This document shows positions 12,241-25,700 of a DNA stretch of 64,000 nucleotides, in pieces (position 1 is the first letter of the stretch; each line of letters starts with the position of its first letter). The translations under genes were made by a program, and so were the position numbers. The DNA is from Camelus dromedarius (lineage: Eukaryota), in assembly GCF_036321535.1 (NCBI RefSeq), contig NC_087437.1:70124001-70188000 (forward strand), written 5' to 3'. The notes beneath the pieces were generated by a model. It was not told where the DNA came from. It saw only the letters and a program-made list of their open reading frames with translations, and did no database searches.

Positions 12241-13115
12241 CTACCCCTCTATGTCCCTTGGGAGACACAAGGGAGAACTGATATCTCTATCAAGATTCTG
12301 AATGTCTGAAAATGAATTCTGCCACAAGGAAAGAAAATTCCCTTAGTGACCTTATCCTTTAAGGGAGGTGAAAAAGTGAATCTCTCTTCCTAGACAATTT
12401 ATTTCTATGATGATGGACTTAAGGAAAATGTGATTGCTTTATCAAGGATGATTCAAGTACCATTGATTTTTACAGGTAATCTGTTTTGTCTGAACATGGA
12501 TTCTGGTAGAGGGGACATGGGAGGGAAAGAAAAATAGAATTCTCTATGTTTGGTACTCATTATAGGGTACAGATTAGAACTGGGCTTGCTTACCTGCTAG
12601 AAAACAGCTACTGGAGGGTCAGAAACCTATATTACATTTGTTTGATGGTGTTTTGAGGCACACTTATGTGTGTTGCATGCTTTCTTTTCTTGTTTCTCTT
12701 TTGTTTTTCCCTGGGTCCTTTAGCAAAGTTCCTTCATCTGATCTTAGCTATACAAAGGCAGAGAATAGTTTTCCCAATGCTTGTTTCATAAAGAAAGGGA
12801 GAAGAGTGTGTCAGTAGAAATAAAATGAAAGAACCCCAAGGGCCTCTATACCTAGCCTCTGAACACCAAGAAAAGAAAGGTCAGAGAACACAGAAATGAG
12901 ATTTCTCACATACTTCCTCATTATATTATTTTGTTTTTGTTTCAAAGGATACCATCAAGAAAGTAAAAACAAAAACAAAAACAAAAACCCACAACTCATG
13001 AAATGGGAGAAAATATTCATAAGTCCATATATTTGATAAGACATTTGTATTCAGAATACACAAAGAATTCCTACAAATCAACAATTAAAAGTCATATAAT
13101 CTAATTTAAAAGTGG

Positions 13116-13482
13116 TGTTATGGACTGAAATGTATCCTCCCAGAATTTGTATGTTGAAGCCAAAACACCAAAGTGACTGTGTTTGGAGAGAGGCCTTTAT
13201 GGAAGTAACTGTGCTTAAATAAAGTCATAAGGGTAGAGCCCTAACCAGTTTGGCTGGTGTTCTTATAAGAAGAGTTTCGAGGTACATGTACAGAAAAAAG
13301 GTCATGTGAAGACACACTGATAAGGTGGTCATCTGTAAGCCAAGGAGAGAGGCCTCTGGAGAAATCTGCGTACACCTCAGTTTTGGACTTCCAGTCTTCA
13401 GAACTATGAGGAAATAAATTTCTGTTGTTTAAGTCACCACGTCTGAGGAATATTGTTATGGTAGCCCTTGCAGACTATTACA
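13116..13482 (+). mobile_element. MLT1B-like solo LTR inserted in L1
   Basis: TG...CA termini (tgttatggactgaa...gcagactattaca); near-identical flanks aagtgg/aaatgg; L1 sequence resumes after it. Confidence 0.9.
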
Positions 13483-13936
13483 AAATGGAAAGGATTTGAA
13501 TAGACAATAATAACATATAAATAAACAGTACATGAAAAGCTCAAGATCAGTTGTCATCAAGGGAATGCAAATCAAAACCATAATGAAATACTACTTCACA
13601 ATCACTAGGATAAATAAAATTAAAAAAGACAATAACAAGTGTTGCCAAGGATGTGGCAAAATTGGAACCTTCATATAGTGCTGGTAGGAATATAAAATGG
13701 TACAGCCACTTTGGAAATATTCTGTGGAATATTATTCAGCCATAAAAAGTAATGGAGTATTTCTGCATGCCAAAACATGAAAGAACCTTGAAAACATTAT
13801 ACTGAGTGAAAGAAGCCAGTCAAAAAGCCCACATATTCTATGGTTCCACTTACATAATATTTCCAGAATAGGCAATTCGTATAGACAGAAGTAGATTAGT
13901 GGTTGCTAAAGGCTAGAGAAGAGTGAATAAAGAGCA

Positions 13937-14171
13937 GACTGGGATTTCAAAATTTGTAGATACTGACAGGCATATGCAGAATAGATAAACAAGATTATAC
14001 TGTATAGCACAGGGAAATATATACAAGATCTTGTGGTAGCTCACAGCGAAAAAGAATGTGACAATTAATATATGTATGTTCACGTATAACTGAAAAATTG
14101 TACTCGACAGTGGAATTTGACACAACATTGTAAAATGACTATAACTCAATAAAAAAAATGTAAAAAAAAAA
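13937..14171 (+). mobile_element. Young camelid-type L1 3' end (5'-truncated)
   Basis: Near-identical to 27298-27500 and 17109-17160; poly(A) tail; short aaagag flanks. Confidence 0.9.
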
Positions 14172-15699
14172 AAAAGAGTGACTACTAATGGGTATAGAAT
14201 TCCTTTGGGAATAATGAAAATGTTCTGAAATTAGATTATGGTGATCATTGCACAACTCCATGAATATACTATAAGTCATTCAATGGTACACTAAAAAGGT
14301 AGCTTTTATGATATGTGAATTATATCTCAATAAAGCTTTTACTTTAAAAAAAAAAAAAAACTTTGGCATCTCCCTTTTGCCTACAGATTTAAGTCTACAC
14401 TCTTCAGTTGGTCCTTTAGCTTTTGCTTACCTGTCTAACCTTCTCTTGCCACTTCAACATCCTCATCTATTTTCTCTTAAAAGAAGGCATTCCCTTCCTT
14501 ATCTTCCTGGAAATTCATACCCATTTTTCTATATCCAGCTTGAGGGTCACTTTCTCTGTAGTCCTCTAGTAAGTAAACTTGATTTCTAATTTGTGCCTAT
14601 GTTGTGTGTTTTATATATTCTGAGCATCTAAATTTTTTCAAGAAAATGGCAAACAAACATGTTCTGTGGTCACACAAACAATGGGATTGTTCAAAAAGAT
14701 TTTTTTAAAGTTTTCTATTTAAAAAATTAGACATGTTAATAATTAAATGAATGTTATGGCATTTGTTGACAGTGGCCTACAAATGACCAGTTAAGATGAG
14801 GATAATATAGGGCCTTACCTATACAATAAATACAGAAAGCAGGGAGAGACTGAAAATAAATTTACCAGAGACTATTTCATTTTATAAAAGTATTATAAAC
14901 TTCATGGAGAAAATATACATGCCACTGAGCAGAAATAATTGTGCATAAGGTGAAAAAAGTAGAAAAGCTAAGATATAAAAAATTGGCAAGTGACATACAT
15001 TTTCAAAAGTTTGTTCCATCACTCTGTCTCTCTTTGGTTTTTGTGGATGTTTTTCCAAAAAGTCCTGATCATATGTGGTTTCACCATAACCTTATCTCCA
15101 AATAAATGGATATTTCCTGGCAAAAACCAAAACAAAACATTTAATATACTTCTTTAGTGCTGCATTATGCTTCTTGACTCTTTCAGGAAAAGGACATATA
15201 CTACAAAGCCTGAATTTTTGATATGATAGTACATAAAATTTACTCATTATATTTGTCACTACAATTTTATATTTTTATATAATTTTGTTTTCTAATTTCA
15301 GGTATGATGAGAGATAGCTTATAGCAATACATTTTTACATTAATTTTAATATGTTAGTTAATATATTTGACTTATATTAAATGAAAGCCTTCCAAGATAT
15401 AAATAAAAGTCTTTCTGTGTGGCTAAGTTGATTGAATATAAGAAAGTATTGATTCATTTTTTGGGATCAATCGAGATTAAGAATAGTCATAACACTATTT
15501 TTCTTGGTGTATCTTGAAAACAGGAATCCACTAATTCATTGATGATATATCAACTATTTAAAAGAATGGATGAAGGAGATCTCAGTTCCCCCTCCTCTTC
15601 AAAAGTCATTATTGGTAGTGAGAATATAACTGAGTAAATACTTTATATTAGGTACAGAGGCAGTGCAGTCTACATGGTCTGATAATAACATTGTAAACA

Positions 15700-15852
15700 C
15701 AATGATGACTGACATTTCTATCGACTTTTAAAGTTAAGATGTCACTTTCACATACACTGTCTCATTTTATTCTCATAATGTCCTTTGAAATAATGAAGTT
15801 GGGTTTTACCTCCATTCTGTAGGTGAAAATGCTAAAGCCAGGAAGGTTGAAA
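15700..15852 (-). mobile_element. MIR fragment
   Basis: ctgtctcattttattctcataatg...ctccattctgtaggtgaaaatgctaaagcc is the reverse-complement MIR core. Confidence 0.6.
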
Positions 15853-16350
15853 GCTCTGTGCTAGGCGCTATGGCAACAGTGATAATAATAATATTATAAG
15901 ATGTGATACTATGCTCTTATGTTTCCTTATCCAACTTAATATGTGTTATAATGCCGAGTAAGGAAGCCATGGATCCACTGACTAGTTATATAAACATTTA
16001 TAGAATATTGAAAGGGTAGTTAAGAAATAAAAAATAAGTCAAGGGATATACATAAAAGACTGTCTTTCTGCAAGACAGAGAGAGGAAATGTACCTGAGAA
16101 CCAAGGGTGTGTGGCTGGAGAAGATTTCCATTCTTGACCTAAAACTACAAAAATAACAGTAAACCTTAAAAAATACTGATGTCCTGCCTTAAAAATTACA
16201 AATGTGTTTTCCATGATCTACCTATCATTGAAGCTATTTCTTTTTATTCTGAACTCTCTCTACTTGTACTATTGAGAAGATTTTCTACCTATTCTGTGAA
16301 GTATTACAAACTTTTATATAATTAAACTTACTATTTTAAGTGTAAAGGAT

Positions 16351-16804
16351 TGTATCTTAGTTGGCTCAGGTTGCCATCACAAAATACATAGACTTCAGTG
16401 CTTAAAAAACAATTTATTTTCTCAGTCTGGAGACTAGATATTCATGATAAAGAGGCTGGCAAATCTGGTTTCTGGTGAAAGCCCTTTTCCTGGCATATAG
16501 ATAACTAACTGCCTTCTCACTTTGTCCTCACCTGACCTTTCCCTGATGCCTGTGCAAAGGGATAGAGAGAGAGAGAGGGAGGGAGGGAAGGAGGGAGGGG
16601 GAGAGGTGGAGAGAATGAATGTGCACAGGGGAGCTCTCTGGTGTCTCTTATAAGGATACTATCACTATTGAATCAGGGTCTCACCCTATGATCTCACTTA
16701 ACCATGATTACTTTCTTAGAGGCCCCATCTCAAAATATATCCACACTAGAGGTTAGGACTTCAACATATGAATTTTGGAGGGCACAAACATTCAGTCGAC
16801 AACA
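16351..16804 (-). mobile_element. MLT1A-like solo LTR
   Basis: tcttagttggctcaggttgccatcacaaaatac...ttcaacatatgaattttggagggcacaaacattcagtc; contains a GA/GGGA microsatellite at 16561-16613. Confidence 0.9.
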
Positions 16805-16967
16805 GATACTTCCTCTTAAAATACTGAGTTTTTTTAAAGTATATGTTCAGCCTACTTCTGATCTTCAACTTTTAAAACCTTTGGTCTTATTTTCCCTCAA
16901 ACTTCATCTTTCCAAGCTGGAGTCTAAAATTTATCAATTTAATCTAGTATCCTTTCTCTAGACCTAC

Positions 16968-18625
16968 TGTCTTTATTTAAAGTCAACTTCACTGAGATAC
17001 AATTTACATATAATAAAATGCACCTATTTTAAGTGTACAGCTTCATAAATGTTGCTAAATGTATACATATGTACAACCACCATCACAATCAAGAATAGAA
17101 CACTTCCACACAACATTGTAAAATGACTATAACTCAATAAAAAAAAAGTTAAAAAAAAAAAGAATAAAACACTTCCATCACCCTAAAAGCTCCCTTGTGC
17201 CCCTTAGCATTAATCACCACACCTGTGGTACCTGGCAACCACTGATCTGCTTTTTCTCACTATAAATTAGATTTACCTATTCCCCATTATCCCATGAATA
17301 GAATTACATAGTATGTATTTTTTTTTCTTTTGGTCTGGCTTCTTTCACACAGCAGTTTTTGAGATATATCCTTATTACTTTGTATATAAGTATCTCTGTC
17401 CATTTTGTTATTGTATAGTACGATTCCAGTGTGTCTCATACATATGCCAGATATATATGTCACAATTTTTCCACTGACATGTTGATAGATGTCTGGGTTG
17501 TTTCTAGTTTTGTACCATTACAAATAAAGCTAATATAAATATTTTGCACAAAATTTTTGTAGACATATGTTTTAAGTCTCTTAGGTAAATATCTGGGGGT
17601 AGAATTGTTAGGTTGCATTGTTAAGTATATCTATAACTTTATAAGAAATTAGCAAACTGTTTTTGCAAAGTAGTTGTAGCATTTTATATTCCCACCAGTA
17701 TGTATGAAGGTTTCAATTGCTACATTCTTCACAACACTTGGTATTGTCACCCTTTTAAAACTTTTAGCCATTGTAATAAGTATTCAATGGTTTTAATTTT
17801 CATTTCAATGATAGCAAGTAATATTAAACAATTTCATATATTTATTGGCCATTCACATATCTTCTTTTGTGAGGTATCTGTGCAACTCATTTTAAATATG
17901 TATTATGGATGCTTGTCATATGTGTTGGAAATATCTTCTCTCAATCTATGGCTTTTAATTTTGATGGTATCTGACTATTGGTCTTTTTTAGTTCACGCTG
18001 TTGTATCCTAAGAAGTTTTTGCATAGTTTAAGTTGTGAAGATTTTCTCTTATATTTTAATAGTGTTGGAGTTTTGGGTTTTGTTCCAGATTTTTTTAAAA
18101 AAGTATTGCCATATAGTTGATTTTGTTCTAGATGTTTTATGGCTTTAGGTTTATGTTTAGGTCTATGATAAATTTACACTTAATTTTTGGAATTGTGTGA
18201 AATAGGGGTCAATTTTATTTCCAAATAAGCAACCAGTTTTTCCAGCACTATTTGTTTAAAGGGTATACTTCTCCCCCACTGAATTGCCTTGATATCTTTT
18301 TAGAAAATCTGTTGAAAATTTATCTGTGGCCGTATTTCTAATCTTCTGTTCTATATATTCATTCTCACACAATCTTTATTACTGTAGTTTGATGGTAAGT
18401 ATCGAAATAAAGAAATGAAAGCCTTGTCACACTTTTACCTCTTTAAAAATAATTTTGGCTGTTCTAGATCCTTTGAATTTCCATATATGTGTTATAATTA
18501 AACTGTTGATTTCTATTAAAACAAAACAAAAAACCCTAACAGTCCGCTAAAATTTTTATTGGGATTCCATTGAATTTATAGATAAATTTGCAGAGAGCTG
18601 GCATTTTATCAATATTGAGGCTTGA
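16968..18625 (-). mobile_element. Old LINE-1 (L1MD/ME-like) 3' portion
   Basis: Reverse L1 3' UTR (gagatacaatttacatataataaaatgcacctattttaagtgtacag) then reverse ORF2-end motifs (ttttatattcccaccagt; ttccagcactatttgttt). Confidence 0.85.
17109..17160 (+). mobile_element. Ultra-short camelid-type L1 3' insertion
   Basis: cacaacattgtaaaatgactataactcaataaa plus poly(A); TSD agaatagaacacttcca (17092-17108) / agaataaaacacttcca (17161-17177). Confidence 0.9.
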
Positions 18626-18739
18626 ACATATTTAGGGGGCCTTTTACAGAGCAGAAGTGTAATTTTCTTGCAGTTTTCTATATCTTAAGCAGAAGTAGAA
18701 ATTTTATGGTTCTTTTTTATATCATCTCATTCTCTTCTT

Positions 18740-19850
18740 TCCATGCTCATTTTTTAAAATTCTTATTCAATCAGTGTGTATGTTTATAACTATTTTAAAG
18801 TTTTTGTCTGCTAATTCTTTCTGTATCTAGATCATTTCTATTAATTCATTTTTCTCCTGGTAATGGGTCAGTTTTTCTACTTTGTACCACATCTTCTAAT
18901 TTTATTTACTTATTTTTTATTGATGTATAGTTGGTTTACAATGTTTCAGGTATACTGCAAAATGATTCAGATATATAGATATAAATATATAATATATATA
19001 TATATATATGTTCTTTTTCAGATTCTTTTCCATTATAGGTTATTACAAGATACTGAATATAGTTCCCTGTGCTATACAATGGATCACATCTTCTAATTTT
19101 TTTGTTGGTTGCTGGACAGTGTGTTTTTCATTGTTTAGGATCTGGATTTTACTGTCTTTTTAAAAAAAGAGTGCTGAATTTTGTCCTGGCAGGGATTAAA
19201 ATTACTTGTGGATCAGCTTGATCCTTTTCAGGCTTGTTTTCCAGCTTTTAAAGAATGGGGAGGTCTAGAGCATCCTTTCCTTTAGGGCATGTTTACCCTT
19301 ACTACTAAGGTGCAACTCTTGGAGTTTCTACTGAATATCTCTGGTATTCAACAATCTTCACCCTGGCTCATTAGAACTTGAAAGTGTCAAAGTGCTGCTA
19401 TCTCCTGGAATTGTTCAGCTTATATCTCCCCAACAGCACTAATCTGACCATGTGGAGTTGTGCCTTACATTATGCACAGCTTCATATTCATCAATATATA
19501 TAAGGGGCCCCATGCAAATTACTGGAGCTCTTTTTATGTATAATTTCCCTCTATCCAATTCTCTGCTCTACAAGTTCCAGAGACCATCTTCTCTCTAGCC
19601 TCTGGTGTCTGTCTCCTTGATTCAGTGGGCCCACCAGGTTTTGCTTCGATTTTTTTCTTCCTACATTATGGTCTAGAAGATACTTTGAGGGTGCAAGCTG
19701 GGGCTATCACGGGACTCACCTTATTTGTTTCCCTTTTGTAGATATCACAGTCCTCTACTCTTATTTCCAGTTATCTGTTGGATCACAGTGGGAGGGCAAG
19801 TTTGGAACAAGTTACTCTGGCATGGCCAAGGCAGAAGTCCTTTTTAACTT
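18740..19850 (-). mobile_element. Old L1ME-type 5' region fragment
   Basis: ctgctaattc...tctggattttactgtc...ttacttgtggatcagcttgatcctttt...cccttactactaagg resembles reverse L1ME 5' sequence. Confidence 0.6.
18904..19084 (-). mobile_element. Artiodactyl-type L1 3' end with TSD
   Basis: ttattgatgtatagttggtttacaatg...(TA)n...gaatatagttccctgtgctataca; 16-bp TSD cacatcttctaatttt at 18888-18903 and 19085-19100. Confidence 0.9.
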
Positions 19851-20579
19851 GCTATTATTTTGTAAACATACACAGAGTAATGCAGTATAAAACCATGATG
19901 GTTTGTTACCATGCTGAGATGGAGCTTTGTAATTAAAATTATTCTCTTCCCAGTGATACCTAGAACATCACTGAAATTTTTTTCCATATTTAGCAAATCA
20001 TGCAGATTCCCTCAAGGAATGGTTTGCATTTTATTTTTTTAAGCTAGAATTTATTATTATCTTAACCTTTTATGAACTGAAATGAGCCAAAAGGAATTAA
20101 ATTGCTATCCTTTCTTATTGTGGATAAGGAGCTCCAAAGTCTTGCATATCTAGAAGTTGAATTGATATCTTCTCCCCTAGATACTGTAGAGTATAATCCT
20201 TTTAATATGTTCTTCCAACCTGTCATCATTATTTATTGTTACCTATAACACAGTTACAAATAATCAGTTCTTATATGAATTCCTACAAATAATGATTCTT
20301 TCTGGATTATTCCAAGATTTGTCAGCTGCTTGTCACTGAAGGCATAAATATTGACAGTTTCATTCTATCAGTGAAAAATCAAATCCATTTTCTTTATCAA
20401 TGAACTTGTTGATTTTCTTCTATTTTTAGAAAGAACTGCACCCTAGACAAGCCATCTTATACCTTTCTCTTAATGTTATTCAGGAAACTATAGTGATTAT
20501 TCTTATTTGTAGTCCCACTTTATGGTCAGATCTTTTAAATGCTTCTTTTTGAAATAAAGCTGTGGTATCCCTGCAGAGG

Positions 20580-20584
<5 letters not shown>

Positions 20585-20615
<31 letters not shown>
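20585..20615. repeat. Poly(T) run, 31 nt
   Basis: Directly visible; no TSD seen. Confidence 0.95.
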
Positions 20616-20651
20616 CCACCTAACCATTAAATTTAATGTCATGGATTGACG

Positions 20652-20850
20652 CGGTTTAGTGTAGTGGGAAAATCCAGAATTTGTGGTCATAGAACCAGGA
20701 TTTTAGTTCTGACTGTGCCATTTTCTCAGCTGAAGTTTTCTCACTTGTATAATGGAGGTAGTTACAATACAATAGACAGAGCAACATTGTTAAGAGAATT
20801 AAATGAAGTATGCTTTGTGAATTGTAGAGTATCATTCAAGTTATAATTAT
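20652..20850 (+). mobile_element. MIR3/MIRc SINE
   Basis: gtgtagtgggaaaatccag...ccaggattttagttctgactgtgcca...agttttctcacttgtataatgg...ttgttaagagaattaaatga. Confidence 0.7.
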
Positions 20851-20929
20851 GGTTACCTTTGAGACTCATCTCATAGATGCCTTTAAAACAAGGTTTTAGT
20901 TCAAGTGTCCTCTGTTTAATAATTTCCAC

Positions 20930-21050
20930 TTACCAATTTAACACTTACTGAGTACCTATGGTCTATTAAACAATGCTATTGGTGCTAGAAACCCAACAGT
21001 AAGTAAAACTAACTAGTCATTGCCTTCATGGCACTTTCATTCTAGTAGAG
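20930..21050 (-). mobile_element. L2 3' end
   Basis: acacttactgagtacctatg...ggtgctagaaacccaacagtaagtaaaac...tgccttcatggcactttcattctagt. Confidence 0.7.
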
Positions 21051-22799
21051 ATTATTAAGCTCTAAAGTCCCATCTTTAGAGACTTTTGCTAAGAAATCTG
21101 CCCTTTTAGAAGTCTGTTTTATTCAGGTTTATGGAGAAGTCACACATGCACTCATTTTTCATTCGCTCGACAGATCATTGTACATCTGCCATTGAGGCAT
21201 GGCGCTGCTCAATTACAGGACATTCAAATAACAGTGTCTACAAATTTGGAAGGTTTCTCCTTTCCATCCTCCCCAGTAATAAAGTATTTAGCAGTCTCAT
21301 TAAAAATTATTTTCATCTGCATTTGATGCCTATTAGTTGACGTGCTAAGTAAATGCCCTCTTTATGTTCTCTCCAATGGAAGGACTGAATGGGGAGTAAA
21401 AACTTTCTCAATTGGCTAGGTCAGAAAGGACTTATTGACACTATTTTTGCTTGGTAAGTCCAGGCAGGTTCTTCACTTCAGAACTGTCTTTGACATTTGT
21501 CTTGATACATACTTCTAAGTGACTGGCCTATCACTTCTTATAATTACCCTTGGCTAATAACAGAATGCAAACTGGAGCAGAGCTAAGAATTCTGATGGAG
21601 ACTAAATAGATTCAGCTGCAGGTTTTGGAAGGGGTGGGGACTAGGTCAACTTTAATGCAATTCACTGATAATGTATTTTTAAATTACCAGTTTAGCCGGT
21701 CACCCTATTACTTGAAAAGCTGCTAACTTTGTATCCTTGGTGCTAACCATTAATTGGGCTGAATATTTATTTGGGCAAAATGTTGTTGTATTTTAGCCCC
21801 AATCTTGTTTCTGAATACTTAAAAAAATCATTTTGATTCTTCACCTTACACTAGACGTATATTTCATGTTGCAAAAAGTCAGATATTGTTGTAAAATTGT
21901 CTATAGGGTGACCGAAGTTCTATAAGACCGAAGTTTATCTAGCATTATGTCTGGGTTTTTTGTTCTATGGATGCTTTCAAAACTAAATCTTTTTTTATGA
22001 TGGTGTATGGTTCTATTGCCCTTTCATGGCCTGTTTATGTTATACTGAAGATTACTAAGAGTGTGGTGTTGGTAGAAGTCTGATGGTTTTATTCCCTTCC
22101 TCACAAAGAGAGAACTATCTCATCTTTTTTATGGGAACATGGGGTAGTGATTACCCATTGGTTTGCTGCCTGAATATAAAACATTCCTTTTTATGACTTC
22201 TGGCTTTTGTAAAGGTGTCATCCTTTGATTCAAACTTGAAGGGCTAGACTAAGCTACTTAAACTTGGCACTGAGTCTTGTAATAAATTACTAATCCCATA
22301 AAGTATTCAATAAGAGGGGTGGTTATAAGATAAGAAAGACCCCCTCCCCGGTACCTTTCTGTGGAGATGACTGTCATCCTTTCATTTGATGTATTAAGAA
22401 TGGCCTTGATTGCCTGTGATCTATCATAAGGAGAATTGGTTCTTATTGCTCTCTTTACTACTTCTTGTCTATCATGAATTGACCTGACACCTCTACATTT
22501 TACTGATATAATTTGTTCCATCCAGACATCCCCTGAAATCACAATGAGTAAGTTTCTTTTTTGACCGAGTGCATTCTGGGATTTAAAACTCCCCTCTTAT
22601 TGACATAGTGCACCAAGAACGATGGTGCCAGAGCAAAGGACACCTATCATAACAGAAAAGAACACCAGTGCAGAACATGTGGATTGGACAGAGAGCTACA
22701 ATACCCTATAGACAGTGCCAGTATTTGAAGGAAACAAAACTTGCAGTGGAAATCATCTGATGAAGAGCTAGCACTGAAAGGCTATTTCTTACAATGATG

Positions 22800-25700
22800 T
22801 CACCAAGATGGCAGAGTAAGAGATCTCAGCTTCTGTCCTCCAACAAAGATCAACAATTAGACAGTGAACAATTATACACAAACAGAAACATCTCTGAGAC
22901 AGCTCTGGTGTTCACTTAATAAACTTCAGCAATACAGTGAAACAAAAAACTTGAGAATAGCCACACAACAAGAAAAGAAAAACAGCTTCATTTTGTATAT
23001 ATCACCCCATCTCCCAAGCCAGCATTGCTCAGAAACAAGAGGGAACTCCCCAACTTGAAAGAGTTTTCCTCACTGGAAAAGGGAGAACAAGGTGAATGAC
23101 CAGGTTCCCCAGCATTTCCAAGCACTGTACAAAGAACCAGATTGATTTTCACTCCACCCAGGGACAAGCAAAGCTGAGATGAACAGAGGTGGCTAGGAAC
23201 AAGGAAGAAAAGCAGGAGCTACCAATATCATCTATGCAGCAGAAGCAACCATAGTTCCCTGTGACCAGCTCTTCAAACACCCCAGCACTTTCCACTACTG
23301 AGGAAACCAATGGCCAGCAGAGCTGCTGCAGAACCCCCAGCAGATTTCTCCAGGTTTTTGCCCCACAGATACTCACATTTGCTGATGCAAGCCACCTGAG
23401 TTCTTGCCTGCTCTCTCCTCCTTCACCTCCCACCCCTGCTGGAGTCCAGGACTCACACTGGAAGCTACTCCAAGTCTTGCAGCTGCCTGAGTGTGAGATG
23501 ACACTCTAGACCCAGCAGCTGACCCCCACTGCTTGTTTATACTGGTGGCAAGATCCCGCAGCCATGGAAGTTCATGGTGATGGCTGAGGCCCTCACAGGC
23601 CTGGATTCAGCCCAATCTCTAGTCACTGGCCTGCACTACTGGGCCCTCCTGTAATTAGTTCCCCCTGCTGTCCAACCGCATGCCCCAAGCTGGACCACCC
23701 TCACCAGCCTTAAGTGCAGTGCACAGTCTTATGCGGACAGTGTGCAGCCACAGTTGGTTCAACATATGAAAGTCAATTAGTGTGATGCAACTCATTAGAT
23801 AGAAATTCTCAACTATCTGGGTATAGAAAAAACATACCTCAACATAATAAAAGTGGCAAACCCACAGCTAACCTTGTACTCAATGGTGAAAGGTTGAAAG
23901 ATACCCTGTCAGATCAAGAATAAGAGAAGGATGCCCATGCTTACTACTGCTATTCAACATAGTATTAGAAGTCTTAGCCAGAGCAATCAGAAAAAGAAAG
24001 AAAAGAAGAGAAATAAAAGGAAAAGAAGCAGTAAAACTGTCCATTTGCTGATGACATGATCATGTACATAAAAAATTTTAAAGACTCCACCAACAAACTG
24101 TCAGAATTAATGAACACATTCAGTAAAGATTCAGGATACAAAATTAACATACAAAAATCAGTTGCATTTCTATACACTAACAATGAATTATCTGAAAAAG
24201 AAATAGAGAAAACAATTCCATTTCTTCTAAAACATCAAAAACAATAAAATACCTAGGAATGAATTTAATCAAAGAAGTGAAAGATCTATACACTGAAAAA
24301 TATAAGACTGATGAACAAATTGAAGACATAAATAAATGGAAAGATATCTCATGTTCCTGAATTGGAAATGTTAATATTGCTAAGATGTTTATACTACCCA
24401 AAGCCATCTAGAGAGTCAGTGTAATCCCTATCAAAATTCCAATAGTATTTTTCACAGAAATAGAAGAGACAATCTTAAAATTCCTGTGGAACCACAAAAA
24501 ACCCTAAATAGCCAAAGCAGTCTTGAGAAAGAAAAAAGCTGGAAGTATCATACTTCCTGATTTCAAATTATATTACAATGCTATAGTAATCAAAACAGAA
24601 TGACACAAACTCATAGATAAATGGAACAGAATCAAAAGCCCAGAAATAAACAAACACATATATGGTCAACTAATATTCGACAAGGGAGCCTGGAATACTA
24701 AATGGAGAAAGGATAGTCTCTTCAACAAATGGTGTTGGAAAACTTGGATAAAACACATACAAAAGAATGAAATGAGAACCTTATCTAACACCACTCACAA
24801 AGTTAACTTGAAATGATTAAAGACGTAAATGCAAGACTTTAAACTGTAAAAAAAAAAACGAAGAAAACAGGAGAAAAACTCCTTGACATAAGTCTTGGGA
24901 ATTATTTTTTGGATATGATACCACAAAAAACAAAAGCAAAAATAAACAAGTGGGACTACATAAAACTAAAAAGCTATAAAACAATCAACAAAATGAAAAG
25001 TCAACCTACAGAATGAGAAAATATTTGCAAATCATATATGGTAAAAGGCTAATATTCATATCATGTAGGAAATTCATACAATTCAAAACCAAACAAAGAA
25101 ACAATCAGATTAAAAAATGGGCAGAGGACTTGAATAGACATTTTTCCAAAGAAGATACAGAAATGGCCAACAAGTACATGAAAAAGTGCTCAAAATCAAT
25201 AGTCACTAGGGGAATGCATATCAAAACAACAAGATATCACTCCACAACTCTTAGAATAGCTATAATCAAAAAGATAAGAGAGAAATGCTGAGAGGACATA
25301 GAGAAAAAAGAACCCTGGTGCACTGCTGGTGGGAATGTAAATTGGTATAGTCATTATGGGAATTAGTGTGGTATTCCTCAAAATATTAAAAATAGAACTA
25401 TCATATGATCCAGTAGTCTCACTTAGGGATATATTATAATTATGAAGGAGAGGAAATCATCATCTCAGAGTGGTATCTGTGCTATCATGTTCATTGAAGC
25501 ATTATTCACAATAGCCAAGGTTTGGAAACAACCAGGTGTCTGTCAATGGATGAATGAATAAAGATGTCATTACACACATACCAAATGGAATATTATTCAG
25601 CCATAAAAAGGAAATCCTGCTATTTGGGAAAACATGAATGTACCTTGAAGTCATTGTGCTAGGTGAAATAAACCAGACAGAGAAATACAAATAAAGCATG

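Larger units (their letters stand above)
12935..14360 (+). mobile_element. L1MB-type LINE-1 3' portion, host to two nested insertions
   Basis: ORF2 end and 3' UTR motifs (atgcaaatcaaaaccataatgaaatact; gaaccttgaaaacattatactgagtgaaagaagccagtc; tgtgaattatatctcaataaagc) followed by poly(A). Confidence 0.9.

Noticed and set aside
15280..15307. Plus-strand tttcag|gtatga recursive-site-like motif
   Set aside because: Lies in AT-rich low-complexity DNA where such motifs are expected by chance.
22258..22542. 94-aa minus-strand ORF as a coding exon
   Set aside because: Weak splice signals and no recognisable protein similarity.
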